From Antedon mediterranea (Eukaryota; Animalia; Echinodermata), in contig NC_092672.1 in the NCBI RefSeq assembly GCF_964355755.1, positions 13,454,001 through 13,518,000 on the forward strand: DNA of 64,000 nucleotides. The letters run 5' to 3'. The notes beneath the pieces were generated by a model. That model was not told where the DNA came from. It was given only the letters and a program-made list of their open reading frames with translations, and searched no databases. Position 1 is the first letter of the stretch, and every line of letters begins with the position of its first letter. Of the stretch, positions 40,145 to 52,399 are shown piece by piece. Both the position numbers and the translations under genes were made by a program.

Positions 40145-40605
40145 CCAGTTAGTTAGTTCTCCTTCCCCTTAATATGACGAATGTCTGTGGTGATCTGGAC
40201 CAGCCTGGAAGGCATTGACGAGTGGCTTGTGATCTGTAAATACCCGGAAACATCGACCTTCCAGAGCATACCGAAAATGCTTGACAGACCGGTAATAGTT
40301 CTTTCCCAAATGTACCTCTGCTGGACGTAGTGAGCGGGTGAAGAAAGCCATAGGTTGCCATTGCTCATCAGTTTTGATTCGTTGCTGTAGAACGCCACCA
40401 ATATCAGATGCATCAACTGCAAGGCTGAGCTGAGCATTTGGAATTGGATGAGTTAGAGTAATTTGCCGCTAGCGCATCTTTTATAGCTGTAAAGGCATTC
40501 TTCGCAGATTCATCAAGGTCAAAGCTGTGAATTTTGTTTCGTTTTGTAGGGAGTAAAGATGTTAGATGAAACAGTATACCTGCACAAACGTGGAATGAAA
40601 CGAAA
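40145..40605 (-). mobile_element. Gypsy RT-connection/RNase H fragment
   Basis: DASDIGGV, AFFTRSLRPAE, VKHFRYALEGRCFRVFTDHKPLV, TTDIRHIKGKEN. Confidence 0.9.
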
Positions 40606-41050
40606 TACTGAGATGCTCCGAAATCAGTGAAATGAGGCTTGACAATGATAGCTTAAATTTGGACTACCTCCGGTCTAGTCTAGTTTTGGGCCTCATCCGC
40701 CAAAAAGCATACCTCACTCTTCTGGGATTAAACTCAAAGTGCTTCGAGGAGCGTTTCCTTTTCTTTGGAGTGAAGTCTTGAGGATTGGTATCAGATATCA
40801 AACTTATGTCCAACATTTCTTGACTATATAATATCAGATTGTGCATATAAAAATTAATATAAGGCTTCACTTCTCTAACAGAACACTACACCTTTTATTT
40901 ATTTATGAATAATTAATTAGTTCTATTTTGACATTTGTTTGTTTTGTATATACTGGGTTTAGAAATAAAGCTCTCTTTCTCTCACCAAACATTGGTCTAT
41001 ATTTCTTCGTTCCGGTGAAAACGCCTAGTGACCATGCAGAGTCACTAAAG

Positions 41051-41700
41051 TGGTGACCCGACGTTGCTTTAGAGCACTGTTTTTTTTTGTTTACTGATGG
41101 CGACACCAAAGAAGCTTGTAGCCCGTTTGGAGCCTGAAGAAATATATGGAGATGCACAAGTGGAATAAGTAGCAGCAGTCAATCTGAAGCTTTCTCCATT
41201 TTGGCCTGGCGACCATACCATTTGGTTTGTGCTCAGGTTGAGGCTCTGTTCCTTACACGAGGTATCACAGCCGAGCCTACGATGTTTGCCTATGTTGTTT
41301 ATTACAGCCTGAGATAGCACAATTCGTAATTTGCTGTTATCACCACCAGCAAGAAGGCCGTACACAATTCTCAAAGAGCAGTTGGTGAAACGGACATCCG
41401 TGTCTGAACAAAAACGGTTACAGCAGCTCCTGCTGGTGGAAGAACTGCCGGCAACGAACATCGTCAGCGGAAGGCTACCATCGCAGATTTGGTGAAGCAG
41501 CAACTAAATGTACACGTCTTTGCAACTACAAACCCAAAAATACCAAGCAGCGAAACAACTCAGCCATAGACTAGAGACGACGTATTCTTCTGGTAGGCAT
41601 TTAAGTCGTCTGTTTTTTGTTACTGACCGAACATCAGGTATTCGATTCTTGATAGATACAGATTTCCTGCGATGGTTTGGATTGTTAATAGAAAAACTCG
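41051..41700 (+). mobile_element. Gypsy (CsRN1-like) PBS, gag and protease remnant
   Basis: PBS TGGTGACCCGACGT (tRNA-Trp-like, 41051-41064); LKLSPFWPGD..WF, PYTILKEQLVKRTSVSEQKRLQQLL, RLFFVTDRTSGIRFLIDT. Confidence 0.85.
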
Positions 41701-41759
41701 GTAGATACCCTGTGGCGGGTATTCTTTGCTGTTATCATGTGTCTTTTTTCTAGCTGCAC

Positions 41760-42100
41760 ATATTGTATGTACAGCATGCCAACCAGAAACATGCTCTTCT
41801 TAACTCTTTGTACTACGAAACAAATATCTATTTGTACTGGAAATGCCACATGATTCCTGCACATATCGCACCAAGTGCTTGGCCTTCCCAGGTTGATACC
41901 CGACCTTCAGTTGTTTCGAAAGGTCAATTAAGATAATTTTCAAAAGTGGCTTAATTGGAACATTTAAAGGTAATGCTTGCATAATATTCCCTGTTGATTA
42001 GTTCATTCTTTGATAATATCCAACAGCATTTGGAACTTCTTGCAAGGTTATACTAATAGGGCGCCAGTTTTCTGGGTCTTGACCATTACCTTCCTTAGAA
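41760..42100 (-). mobile_element. Non-LTR RT fragment
   Basis: KEGNGQDPENWRPISI (RT domain 1 motif), otherwise degraded. Confidence 0.55.
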
Positions 42101-42309
42101 AAAAAAAAAAAAAAAAACACTCAATAACATAGAACTGAAACTAATATAAAGTAACAAAATCCAAATATTTATTCATTATAACAACATATTTATAATATAC
42201 AGGACGAAACGACTTCTCACGATCGGTCGATTGTAATTAAGTACTCTTTTAATCCATCATATCGTAGTATTGTATTCACCCTGTTTAATAAAGTGCACCA
42301 GATACTCAC

Positions 42310-42690
42310 CTATCTGCGAACTTCTTCCCGCTTGGGGCAAATCCAATTCAATGTATAAATATCCTCAGGTAATACTGCTAATAGCCGTAATATCCTTCTA
42401 ACCACGGCAAACTCCGTGGCTAACTGCCCCGATTTCTGGTCTGCTCCAACCGTCTGCGCATGACGTCCATACGTCACAAGTACTAGAACCAGGCGCCCGC
42501 AGACGGTTGGTAGGTTCGGGCCATTCATTCAGTGGCCACCCCCTTACGGTCGATACTACACTCCCCCGGTTTTGAAAGAGAGGTAGTCCCCCGGGATCAC
42601 CTGTCCAGCGTTGCTGCCCAGTATCTGAAACTGGGTTTAATGAACCGCTAACTGGTGGTTCGAAACGTAGCACCTGGCCCTGGGCATGGT
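42310..42690 (-). pseudogene. Unknown GC-rich degraded ORF downstream of TatD-like gene
   Basis: ATG at ~42688 (MPRARCYV..) continues through stops into MNGPNLPTVCGRLVLVLVTY..WICPKREEVRR; same strand and composition as TatD. Confidence 0.35.
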
Positions 42691-42801
42691 GCAAATTTCA
42701 ACTTAAAATGCTTCTGTTAACTGAACTCAAAATAACTGTACTCTCCCTTAATTTTGTTAATAAAACAACAAAAACACTTCTGGGCCCCTAGCGGAGCAAG
42801 A

Positions 42802-43550
42802 CTATTCCGGGATCAGATCCCGGCCATTCTTCCAGGTGAGGTCCAGGACCTCACTGGCCTCCATCCCAGTAACCTTCCCCAGAGCTTCGGCGGCGAAACT
42901 GATTAAGTAAGGAGCGCCTACCCGGTGCCCCGCCGGACGAAAATGAGGAGCGTCCGTCTCCAGTAGAACCCGGCGCTCAGACTGGTACATAAGGTACCTG
43001 CATGCCTCCTGTACAGCTGGGCACGCTCGCCCGACCCCCAAATTAAAACTGAAATAAGTCATTGGGAAGAATCACAATGAATATAGATGACGAAAAACTG
43101 TGCAAAATAAGTTTCTGCCCACGGGGTACCCCCACCAGCCGGAGAAGGTCCAGCCCTCGGAGGTAGCATTCCTCTCCGGTTGGGTCCGTCGCCGCACCCA
43201 GCAAGTGCAGAGTCAGCACGTGATGACGCTGAGGACAAAAACATTCCCGCAAAATCCGCTCCAGGAGCCAATCTTGTCGGGGCCAGTCAGCGATGGACCG
43301 GTTGTGGTCCAGACCCACCTCTCCCAGCGCCCGAACATTCAAGTTCTGGGTCAACCTCCGGAAAGTAACAAATTCCCGCGCCGACACCACGCGCGTGGAG
43401 TGCAGCCCAATCGAAACATGGTTGTATGGCGGAGACTGCATCAGATCTATCTGATAGTTGTTGTAGATTGCACATTCCCATTGATCGGTCCTTGTGGATA
43501 AACTGGTGGGTCAGGCCCGAGGTCATTGTTGAGGTCACGCGAGCCACCTA
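42802..43550 (-). pseudogene. TatD-family metal-dependent nuclease, intronless, frameshifted, N-terminus missing
   Basis: Ordered motifs VSIGLH, ALGEVGLDH, LTLH, ILHSFS, YFSF, VLLETDAPHF, TWKNGRDL; frameshift near 43050-43060; DxHxH motif not found. Confidence 0.9.
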
Positions 43551-43849
43551 CACCTACTTGACTGGTACTAGGACCAGTCTATAGCCCGCTACTAGCTTCT
43601 TGTTTAGGCTTAGCTAACTTTTCATCATCATCTTCAACTCTAAGCATCTTGTGGCATGGAATTCCATTGAATCCAGTTGATTTACGCAGGCATTGTCAAA
43701 CGAAAACTTACTTGAAATTTAGTCGAAATTTGGTGAGAAATAGCATCCACCCTCTATGCTATTAATTCTAACCTTGTCTTTTAAATGCAGTTGTCTAACC
43801 ACCTGATCATTCTGGGAGCCTGCATGTGATTTGATTTTAATATGAGCTG

Positions 43850-44300
43850 CAGATATATTTCTCTCAAACCCTTAAAAAACTCCAAAAGTGAACTGTACCA
43901 TGCGATTATCATTTTTATTTTTTTGTTATGCGACTCAGGTCTGTTGTTTGTACTATTTATGATGGATACTGTTTTTTATTTTAATCCTTCTACCCATTCT
44001 GCTCTCAAATCATGCCATTGTTTAGTGTAGTACTCTTGAACAGTTTGAGGTACACATTGACAGAAATCGGTGTATAAATTATTGTACTCTGTTTCATCAA
44101 CATCAACCATCTTCTGGATTAGCTCCAGAGCATGTGCTCGTTCACCAGATGAAATACCCATCTTGTCAATTGACCTCCCTACTGAAGGTTCGTAAAACAT
44201 GAAATAAACAGATTTGAAGATCGGAATTTGGAACTTTACTTGTAGGCCTAAGTATGTTTTTTTCCGTGAAGTCTTTATCAGCCATAATTACTTCACCTGA
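43850..44300 (-). pseudogene. MULE/Mutator transposase fragment
   Basis: IMADKDFTE, QICLFHVLRTF, EYYTKQWH...EWVEG, STNNRPESHN. Confidence 0.85.
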
Positions 44301-44330
44301 CTATATTATTAGATGATTAACAAAAATATA

Positions 44331-44640
44331 TTAACATTTGATAATTATACCTTTGAACATGTCTTCGAGTTGTTTATCGAGGCTTAATGAATAGTACAAA
44401 ACAGATTTTCCTCTACAAATACACCCAGTTGCCTCATTCAGGTCTCTTAGGCAGAAGTCACAGTAATAGTTTTTCGCTGGATCTTTGTAGCCAGTTTCGT
44501 GCTTCAGGATATTGTTTATTTTATACACCGAATTAACAACCTTACATTGGTTTAGAAGAATAGACTATAGCAATTGCATTAAATCGGCAAAAGCATTCTG
44601 TGTCAAATTATGTTTAATGACAAATAAAAGCACGCTAGTG
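44331..44640 (-). pseudogene. CACTA/CMC-like transposase N-terminal fragment
   Basis: LLFVIKHNLTQNAFADLMQLL..YYCDFC..CIC..LSLDKQLEDMF. Confidence 0.55.
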
Positions 44641-46027
44641 TAATAGCTAAGGTAGGTGTGGCACGAACCAGGAAATGTCTGTATCCACCATTGGCAGTGG
44701 TAGAATGTAATGAAAATGAAGAACTAAAAAAAACAAATCATCTTCACTAAGAAATTCCTGAAGCTTTTTCATTGATGTTGCTAGAGGAAACTGTATTGCA
44801 TCAACTGTATCAGCATGTGGTTGAATATTGTTACTTGTCATGTCCATTTACTATTGTAGCATATACTGTATCAGTAGTACTGTAGATCCAGAAATTTGGA
44901 ATTGGAGGTCGGAGGTCACAGAAAAGAACAGAGAAGCAAGAATGCAGTTTTTGTATTTTAGTTTAAACTTACCTTCCGTCTTCAGAAGATGACAGTTTTG
45001 ATGAACTGGAAGCACTTTGGAAAGCGGTATTATAGTACTTGAATTACTTAATCTATCAATTCCAGATATTGATGAAATTATAGAGAACAATTTATGATCA
45101 ATGACAATTTCTATATTTTATAGTTTTGGAGTCACGTAATCGTGTGTGTGTAGGAAGCAAACTATGTTACCTAATTTTAAGTATGATTTTTTTCTTTTTG
45201 GAATTAGTCAAAGGGACAATATACATCTTTAAAATTGACATTTACTGACCAAATGCATACTTATTAGGAACAAGTCAAATGTAACTGGTGTGTTTATACT
45301 ATTATTGTTGCAGATTTCTAGTCTAGTCATAGTTGAAATAAAGTTGTTTGGAAACGTTATCATAGCAGATGGTCGATCCACCATGTTTACTACTGTCATG
45401 CAGAATGTCTTGGGATATTGATATCAATATTTCGCCACAGGAATCGATGACAGTGTTGATATCTTAAGGTAGTACTAATACAGTGATACATTTTGCGAAT
45501 ATCTGCCAAAAGAGCTACTGCATTCTCCCGGAATTTAAATAGTACTCCCAGCAGAGCATTAATTAACCCAGTAATTATTCAGAACGTGACGAATGATCGC
45601 GCCGTTGAAGTTTTAATTAATTACACCTATCCTTGGAACAGAATGTATTTTGTAAATCACGGTTTGGCTCAGTGAGCAAATCGCCGCGACCATTGATATC
45701 AATGCTTAGTAGGTTTGAGTTCAATCCACTTGAAAAAAATGTAAATGAACAAACCAAAAAAACAAAAAAACACATACTGTACAAATAAAACGAATCCAAA
45801 TAGCCTAGGTTTCGTGTTTCCATAATAAATAACGTTTTGTGTAAACCCATGAAATAAACATCTAATTTCGACTAATTTTTGTGTTGAGTCCGTAATCATT
45901 GTTATTACCAATTCATATTTTATCATTTGCATATTGACCATTGACCCCGGTTGACCCCAATGGTCACTTCCGGGTCAATATGCAAATTTCAGGCTTTGTG
46001 CAATACTATGCCGTCATATATATATTG

Positions 46028-46210
46028 GACAGGACGGCAGGACGGTCAGAATATTGGTAGAGAAATAATAAAAATTTAAGATATATATATAGAGGGTGTA
46101 CGTTAATGTTATGGACAGGACGGCCAGAATATTTGTAGAGAAATAATAAAAATTTAAGATATATATATAGAGGGCGTACGTTAATGTTATGGACAGGACG
46201 GCAGGACAGA
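46028..46210. repeat. ~80-bp tandem repeat, ~2.3 copies
   Basis: GGACAGGACGG..GTAGAGAAATAATAAAAATTTAAGATATATATATAGAGGG..TACGTTAATGTTAT repeated. Confidence 0.85.
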
Positions 46211-46599
46211 CAATATATAACACAATAACTTTTACTGACTCGAATAAATATATCGACCACTATTATCAATAAAGTGAAGTTTATTAAATACTCTATACTT
46301 CAACATAACATAACATGACAACGTTTCAACCCAACCTGCGTGAACACACCACGCTGTCCAAAAACCAGTTAAGTATGGTATCTTTTCTAAAACAAATTGA
46401 AGATATCAATAGTAATTTTACTGATACTTCTGTTAGATATTAAACGTCAAACATTAACATGAAAGTTCTTAATTAAATCATATTCTCTATAGAAAACACT
46501 GTATAAGTCAACTTATTGATTATTTACAAACACTACTACAAATCAAGTCTATCTATTGGTTTGATCGTTGATAGTTTTGTTTGTGTATGATTTACACCT

Positions 46600-47190
46600 G
46601 CTACGTGGTTTCCCTGCATATGATATTTATCAACAATTAATCTAGTGATTACATGTTTTCTAAGTAAAATTACGGGATAAACCTAACATCATAAGGAAGG
46701 GACTCATTTAATTCAAGTCTACCTGTCGCTCTAATAACGCCCTCTTTGTCAATTTTTGGACATAGAGAACTTGTTGTGATGAACCGATTCGTTTTTATTT
46801 AATTGTTTAATTTCCGGTTTAAATGCATCATTTTGTGCTTGTTTAATTAGTGCCCACTCTGCCTTAAAAACTTCAGTGACACTTAAACATCACTTTATTC
46901 TACTGTATCCCCCTTCTTAGTCATAAGATTTGTAATAAACCTAGTAACGTATTCAAGGACATTAACTAATTTGTGCCACTTAGAAAATCTAGTAGGATTT
47001 AATCTCCAATCACTGTCATGAATTGTCGGCAATGTCATAAAACATGCTACACTTTTTCGATGTTCAGTGTTTTCTACTGTTTCTATCTTATTCTCTGGCC
47101 ATCTATTTTCAGTTAACTTTAAAAACTCTGGCCCTTCCCACCATACTCTATTGTTACTTAAACTAGCTGCGTGCAAGGCTGCAGGCAAAC
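46600..47190 (-). mobile_element. BEL/Pao pol fragment
   Basis: WWEGPEFLKL...WP, RFSKWHKLVNVLEYVTRFI, AEWALIKQAQ, GRLE...LPYD. Confidence 0.85.
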
Positions 47191-48230
47191 TGAATTGTAA
47201 AAGTAAAACATTAACATTTCTTTTTTTTCTATTTGTTTAAACCTTTAGTGAAAAAGAATTTTAATGGCACGAAAATGTGCACCGCGCAACACTACAAAAT
47301 ATCGTAGGGACGGCTGCATGGATTGAAATTGACTCTAGCCCAGTCACAGTAAACTTTCATGATCTGCAGGAAAGTTGACCATAATAATAATATGCTTTAA
47401 TCACCCAAAAATCAATTTAGTTAATTGTAAGTTATTAAAATTGCAAAAACCACAAATAATTAAATACAATAACATGTTTATTTCACAAGAGACTATAAGC
47501 ACATATCCCAATACTATATATCCACTGATTAACTAAAAGGGAACATGTACAATGCTATATGTCCACTGATTAACTAAAAGAGAACATATACAATGAATAA
47601 TGCATGGACAGACACCAAAAATACACTAAAAGGAAGAGGTATGTCAACTTCAAATTGTAATTTCATGGAAACAAAGAAAAAAAAACCTCCAAATTTTTAT
47701 ATGTTGTAGTTGACACGTAGGGCTACATTTTTCGTGATAGTCACCAACAAATCGGGCGTGTTCCACAGGGTCAATTTCAAGGTCAAAATATATGTCAAAG
47801 TTTTATTCAACTTAAAATTAACATAAAACACACACAATTAGTATATTTAGATTTTAACAAAAATACCTTTGCTTTTAAAATCGAACCTATAGTTCCCGAG
47901 ATACAGCTCTTTGAAACGTGGCGGACGCGCCCTTTTTTTGCGTAAAAACCGAAAATTGAAATTGCGATATCTCGAAAACCGTTGGTCCGACAAAGTTAAA
48001 ATTTGAAATTTTGGCTTTAATTGCTATGAATCACCCATATACCAAATTTCATCAAAATTGGAAGAGGTAGGGTTTAAATCATTGGGTGATCTGAGATGGA
48101 ATGACCCTTATATGCAATATTGAGAAATGGGGTCGAGGGTCAAATGTCATACTTCCAGGCATTTTTTTGTAAAATGTTTCATTACAGCAAATATAAATAC
48201 ATTTTAAATATTTTAGTGAAAAAATCAACA

Positions 48231-48555
48231 CTCTAGCATTAGCGGTTTTCGAGATATGGCAACGCTGTAAATTTCACTCCCTAATTTGCATATTTAATAT
48301 TACTTGTACTACTAATTTGCATACTTTCGAGGTGCGTGACAAAGGTGTGATTTTGGGAATTATAATACAGTTCTATGGTGGGTATTGAAAAACAATATCC
48401 AAGTCATTGAGTCCAAAATAAAGTCTCTACAGACATTTTAATCACATCCTCTCTACGATTAGTAGTTTTTAAGATATGGTAACCCTGTAATTTCACCCTA
48501 ATTTGCATATTTAAGCTAATTTGCATACCTTCGGGATGAGTGTCAGAGGTGTGAT
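48231..48555. repeat. Two diverged direct repeats (~105-120 bp), each with two ATTTGCAT octamers
   Basis: GATATGG(C/T)AAC.CTGTAA..CCCTAATTTGCATATTTAA..CTAATTTGCATAC..AGGTGTGAT at 48231-48351 and 48451-48555. Confidence 0.75.
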
Positions 48556-48799
48556 GCTCAAAAAATAATCATCTTATCATATGTAACCATTTAAAAAAAA
48601 AAATCTCTGTTTGCAATTTGTTTCACTCAAAATGCTAGATTGACTAGCCTATTAGTACTTGTACTTGGCCTATCCATTTTCTAGATCACCAATCTTAATT
48701 TGGCCATTTCATCTTTCAGGGTGTTGACCTCTTTGGATAACTCGTGACTCCCATTTAATTGGTTGTTTTGGTCACGATGAAAAGTATTCGCCACTTGAT

Positions 48800-49331
48800 C
48801 AGCATGCACCTCGTATACGCCATGGGACCTTCTAGAGTCTTATCTTTTAGTCTTTCACCAGCAGCTGTCGTTGATGTTTCCATTTTTCCATACAGTCTCA
48901 TTAAGGGCTAAACTAAACTCTTCCAGGCTTTCTCCATCTTGTTGTACACGATTATGTAGAGTCTCATTCAACGAAGCATTTGTCTCAAGTGGACCAAAAC
49001 GTTCTTTCAACACATTGATTATTCGCTCATGGTTGCTTTGCACATCAACCCAATAACACATCAGTTCTTCTTTAGCACCTCCACCCAAATGGTCCAACAA
49101 GGCTTGAGCTTTCTTGGCATCTGCCAGTCCATACTGATTTGCGTAGGCTGAGAAATCTTCCAGCCACTCAGTCAACGAAGGTTCATTGGTTGCCTTGGAA
49201 CCTCTAAACTTGGTCAACTTGATTCCAGGATGGACAGGATGGACATGATGGACGTTGATGCCTTGAAGTGCAGTTGCTATTGTTTGTAAAATCTCCTGTG
49301 TAGAAGGACCTTCTCCGTTTTCCATAGCCAT
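48800..49331 (-). mobile_element. Gypsy gag (PNMA/capsid-like), 3'-truncated
   Basis: KLTKFRG..EWLED..KAQALLDHLGGGAKEEL..LKERFG..RVQQDGESLEEFSLAL, ~110 bp downstream of a PBS. Confidence 0.88.
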
Positions 49332-49441
49332 CGTAAATAGTATATAATATAAATATGATTATGTAAAAAGTATAGGTCTTCCATAAACTGAGGCTGGTTC
49401 CTTGAATAACGTACTTTTTACCTTTACCTTGTCTTGTGTTC

Positions 49442-49460
49442 AATCCCACTTCTGACACCA
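49442..49460 (-). promoter_or_regulatory. Primer-binding site complementary to tRNA-Leu 3' end
   Basis: TGGTGTCAGAAGTGGGATT preceded by LTR-like end TTTTACA plus one base. Confidence 0.88.
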
Positions 49461-49579
49461 CTGTAAAAGGCTCTGGCCTACCTAACTTGTGTGGGATTGC
49501 GGTCGACACGTGAAATAATGATACCAGGTAACTCGTCTTGATTTGATCTCACAACATTTATTGGAATATAAACAGCCAG

Positions 49580-51217
49580 CCCAGGTTCCCATACTAACCG
49601 TAGCGCCCCTGGGCGGTGCGTCCAGTGATGAAGATCCCGGTGCTGATTTCATTGGTCCCTTTTTTTTTTCTTTTTTTTTTTCTAGTCCAGTGGCTCTTCA
49701 CGCGTCCAACTCCTCGGCGAGGGTCAGCTGCTCGATGCACACGCGGTGCATGCGGGCGGCCGCCTCCCGCAGGAAGCTGCTGTTGCCAGTCGTTGGTTCG
49801 CATTATACGCCTCTCTCAGCAGTCGGCGGTCTTCCTCACCTAAGGCTTCCGCTGCACGCTGCGATGTTGTGGAGGACTGCTGAAAGGGTTTAAAAGTTCC
49901 CATACTAGCCGATTCCATTGGTCCTGGAGCTCTCGACGATGGCGGAGGACATGAGGGCAGGCTACGCAGTCCTCCGTACTTTTCGTTCAGTTCATGAAGT
50001 CCTTTCGGGTTAGCCCGCATGGCCTCTGCCAGCAGTGGGCACAGACAGAAGGGGTGCAGCATCACCAGGGCGGTGACCTGATTCCTGATGTCTCTTTCCA
50101 CTGACGGCGCCTTCCAATTGACTGCCTGAGCTGTAAGCGTAAGTTGCCGCAACCAACTGTTGCTCAGGCCTCAGGAAGTACCTTCTCAAGAATTCAAAAG
50201 CCTTCCTCAGAGTTGAGAGACCACCTGGGAGCAGGGGGATCAGTTCTTGGAGGTATCTCCAGGCTGTCCTCATCTTATGGTCGTCTTGATGGTGTACATA
50301 CTTCGCCACAACCTCTGGAGCATGCACATTTAGGTGGTCCATTGCCGAGCCTTGCAGACCGCAATCTGGCACTGGGCACGCATACCCAGATCCGTTCTTG
50401 GCTGCGGGAGTGTCAGGGTGCTGCGAGAAATATGATCGTTTCACTGCTGACACATCCACAACCTCAGCCGGGCCGAAGGTTTAGTCCGCCCTGGCAGCAG
50501 GCCGACCCCTAGCGTCTCCGGACGGGTTCTTCAGCCTGACGTCCTGACAAATAAAGGTTGTTTTGCTTGCCTCGTCTCTGAGGAAACGCGTCATGAGCTC
50601 CCCCACCGTCTCTGCCCTAGGCGGAAACGGATGGATAGAACAAATGATGCGGTCCGGTCCGATTGTTGATACCACCTTCGATTGAAGCAGGACACCCTTC
50701 CTGGCTAGGCTCTGCATCTCATAGCGGGCATCCCACGAGGCCGCGGAACGCCAGCCACCTCTATATTGGCACGAAACATCTCTGCATCCTCTGGTGATAA
50801 GGCCACCATACCATCAAATGCGCCCCTGCCGCTCACTCCCAAGATCCGCCAAATCCACAAAACCTGGCCCAGCGCGACTCGAGGCTGTGAAGGGGACAGC
50901 ATGGATGGTGATGGGGGCAGCATGGATGGTGATGGGGGCCGGAGAGGCGACATCGCATCTTCAGGCTTCGTCTCCTTTTCTGCTTGCTGGATGAACAACT
51001 CTGCCCCTGGGGGCAAGAGAAGCGCCGCCACAGCCGGTATGTCAGTGGGGAACGAGTCCTGCACTTCTCCAGAGGGTACGTGCCAGGGCTCGTCCTCGGT
51101 TGTACCTACCGCTACCCTAGGGGGTAGTGGAGTGGTCGGTGATCCAGAGGGTCGGGCAGGGTTAGGCAAGAGAGGAAATTCCACATCTATCTGGTCTGCC
51201 CAATCCATAGCCAACAC
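49580..51217 (-). pseudogene. Long GC-rich degraded ORF (~540 codons): Pro-rich N-terminus, CxxxxC..H..H motif, coiled-coil/basic C-terminus
   Basis: ORFs 50705-51217, 50481-50717, 50010-50459, 49724-50152 tile on one strand via frameshifts and one in-frame stop; CPVPDC..DHLNVH. Confidence 0.6.
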
Positions 51218-51344
51218 GGCTTCCGAGTAGTTTGGTTTATGTCTTCCTTCGCTTTACAAGAGAGAGCACATTCAACGCCTGGGGCTGGTCGTGACGCCAC
51301 TGGCCAGTCCCGGGGCCGGATTCGGGGGTTGAGTGCGCGTAGGC

Positions 51345-51380
51345 GCGGCGATTGGCTGTGACGTATAGATGACGTAACCA
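51345..51380 (-). promoter_or_regulatory. Promoter-like cluster (two CRE/ATF-like TGACGT, one CCAAT)
   Basis: GATTGGCTGTGACGTATAGATGACGTAA on plus, ~130-160 bp upstream of the ORF start. Confidence 0.5.
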
Positions 51381-52399
51381 CTAGCCATTCACCAGGCACT
51401 ACAGTACAACCTCACAAAATATTAATCCTATCAGACCTATAATATAAACCAACTATAAGTATAAGAAACAAAAATAAAATATAAGTCATAACAAACTCTC
51501 ACTCACCAGTTTATGGCAGTTTAATTACAAATTCTACAGCATTTATTTGCTTTAGCAAGGAGAACACTCCTTTTCCTGCCAGTCACCCAGGCCAAAAAGA
51601 GAGATGTCTCCTTGGATACAGCTATCTAGGCTTCGGTGTCCAGCAGGGTTCCCATCCCCCATGGGCTATTGGCCGTTATATTAAAAATCAAAACAAAATG
51701 ACTGAACCATAACAACAACAACAAACAAATCAATATCATAAAAACTTGCCTTTCTTGTTATTGGAAAGAAATGTTTGGCTGGCAAAAGAAACCGTTTTCT
51801 CTTTTTTCTGTGGTGATATTTTAGGCAATTTACAGCACCTGAAGTTGATTCATACATGTAAAATATCTCTTTCTGAATTAATATAGGCCTAGCAGAGAAT
51901 GAACAGATATTTGCTAGACATTGCAACACCCTTAATTTCATGCTAAATGTTTTTTGCTGCCACTAAATTAAAATTTAGATCCCACTTCATCATAGGCATA
52001 TATTAACCATTAATGTCGTTATAGAAGTCCAGTGTTGGAAGGGTCTAAATGTAAATTGACAGACTGCAGTGTAAAATTAACCGCGCACAATTTAACGGCG
52101 GTCAGTGGGTAATCCGGTCAGTGGATTTTTTTTCTTCATTTCTCTACGTCCGTAAAATTAGGCCGAATTTCCGTAGTAATTACAAACCTGTGGCGTCGTA
52201 AATGCTTGGTTTCTATTATGGCCCTGGACTCAGTAAACGTGAAATAAGCATGCACTTTATTCTGTGGTTACTGTCCCTACTTGACTCACAATGGGGCAGG
52301 AAGAGCAATTTAAAAAGTCTTAAAAAACAAATTCAAATGGTTCAAATCGAGGAGAAGAGCCGACAAGAGCAGGGGAGAATATAAATACATCGGCATTTG

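Larger units (their letters stand above)
49462..51680 (-). mobile_element. Putative long 5' LTR (3' end firm, 5' end uncertain)
   Basis: Ends TTACA at 49462 before the PBS; AATAAA at 49557-49562; candidate start TATAACGGCC at 51680 (would be a mutated TGTAAC) where composition changes. Confidence 0.5.

Noticed and set aside
42270-42312. GEYLVHF as chromodomain
   Set aside because: Lacks the downstream W/TWE motifs; too short to support.
42802-43550. Bacterial contamination as source of TatD
   Set aside because: Gene is frameshifted, has no recognisable operon neighbours and is continuous with animal TE remnants; old horizontal origin is not excluded.
49442-49460. tRNA-Leu gene
   Set aside because: Only the 3'-terminal 19 nt including CCA are matched, which defines a PBS rather than a tRNA gene.
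49543-51230. Plus-strand ORFs in the GC-rich block (also 5740-6237, 43100-43501, 62513-62731)
   Set aside because: Antisense shadows of minus-strand coding sequence.
51615-51660. LLDTEA as retroviral protease motif
   Set aside because: Not DTG/DSG, followed by a stop, and upstream of the PBS and gag where protease should not lie.
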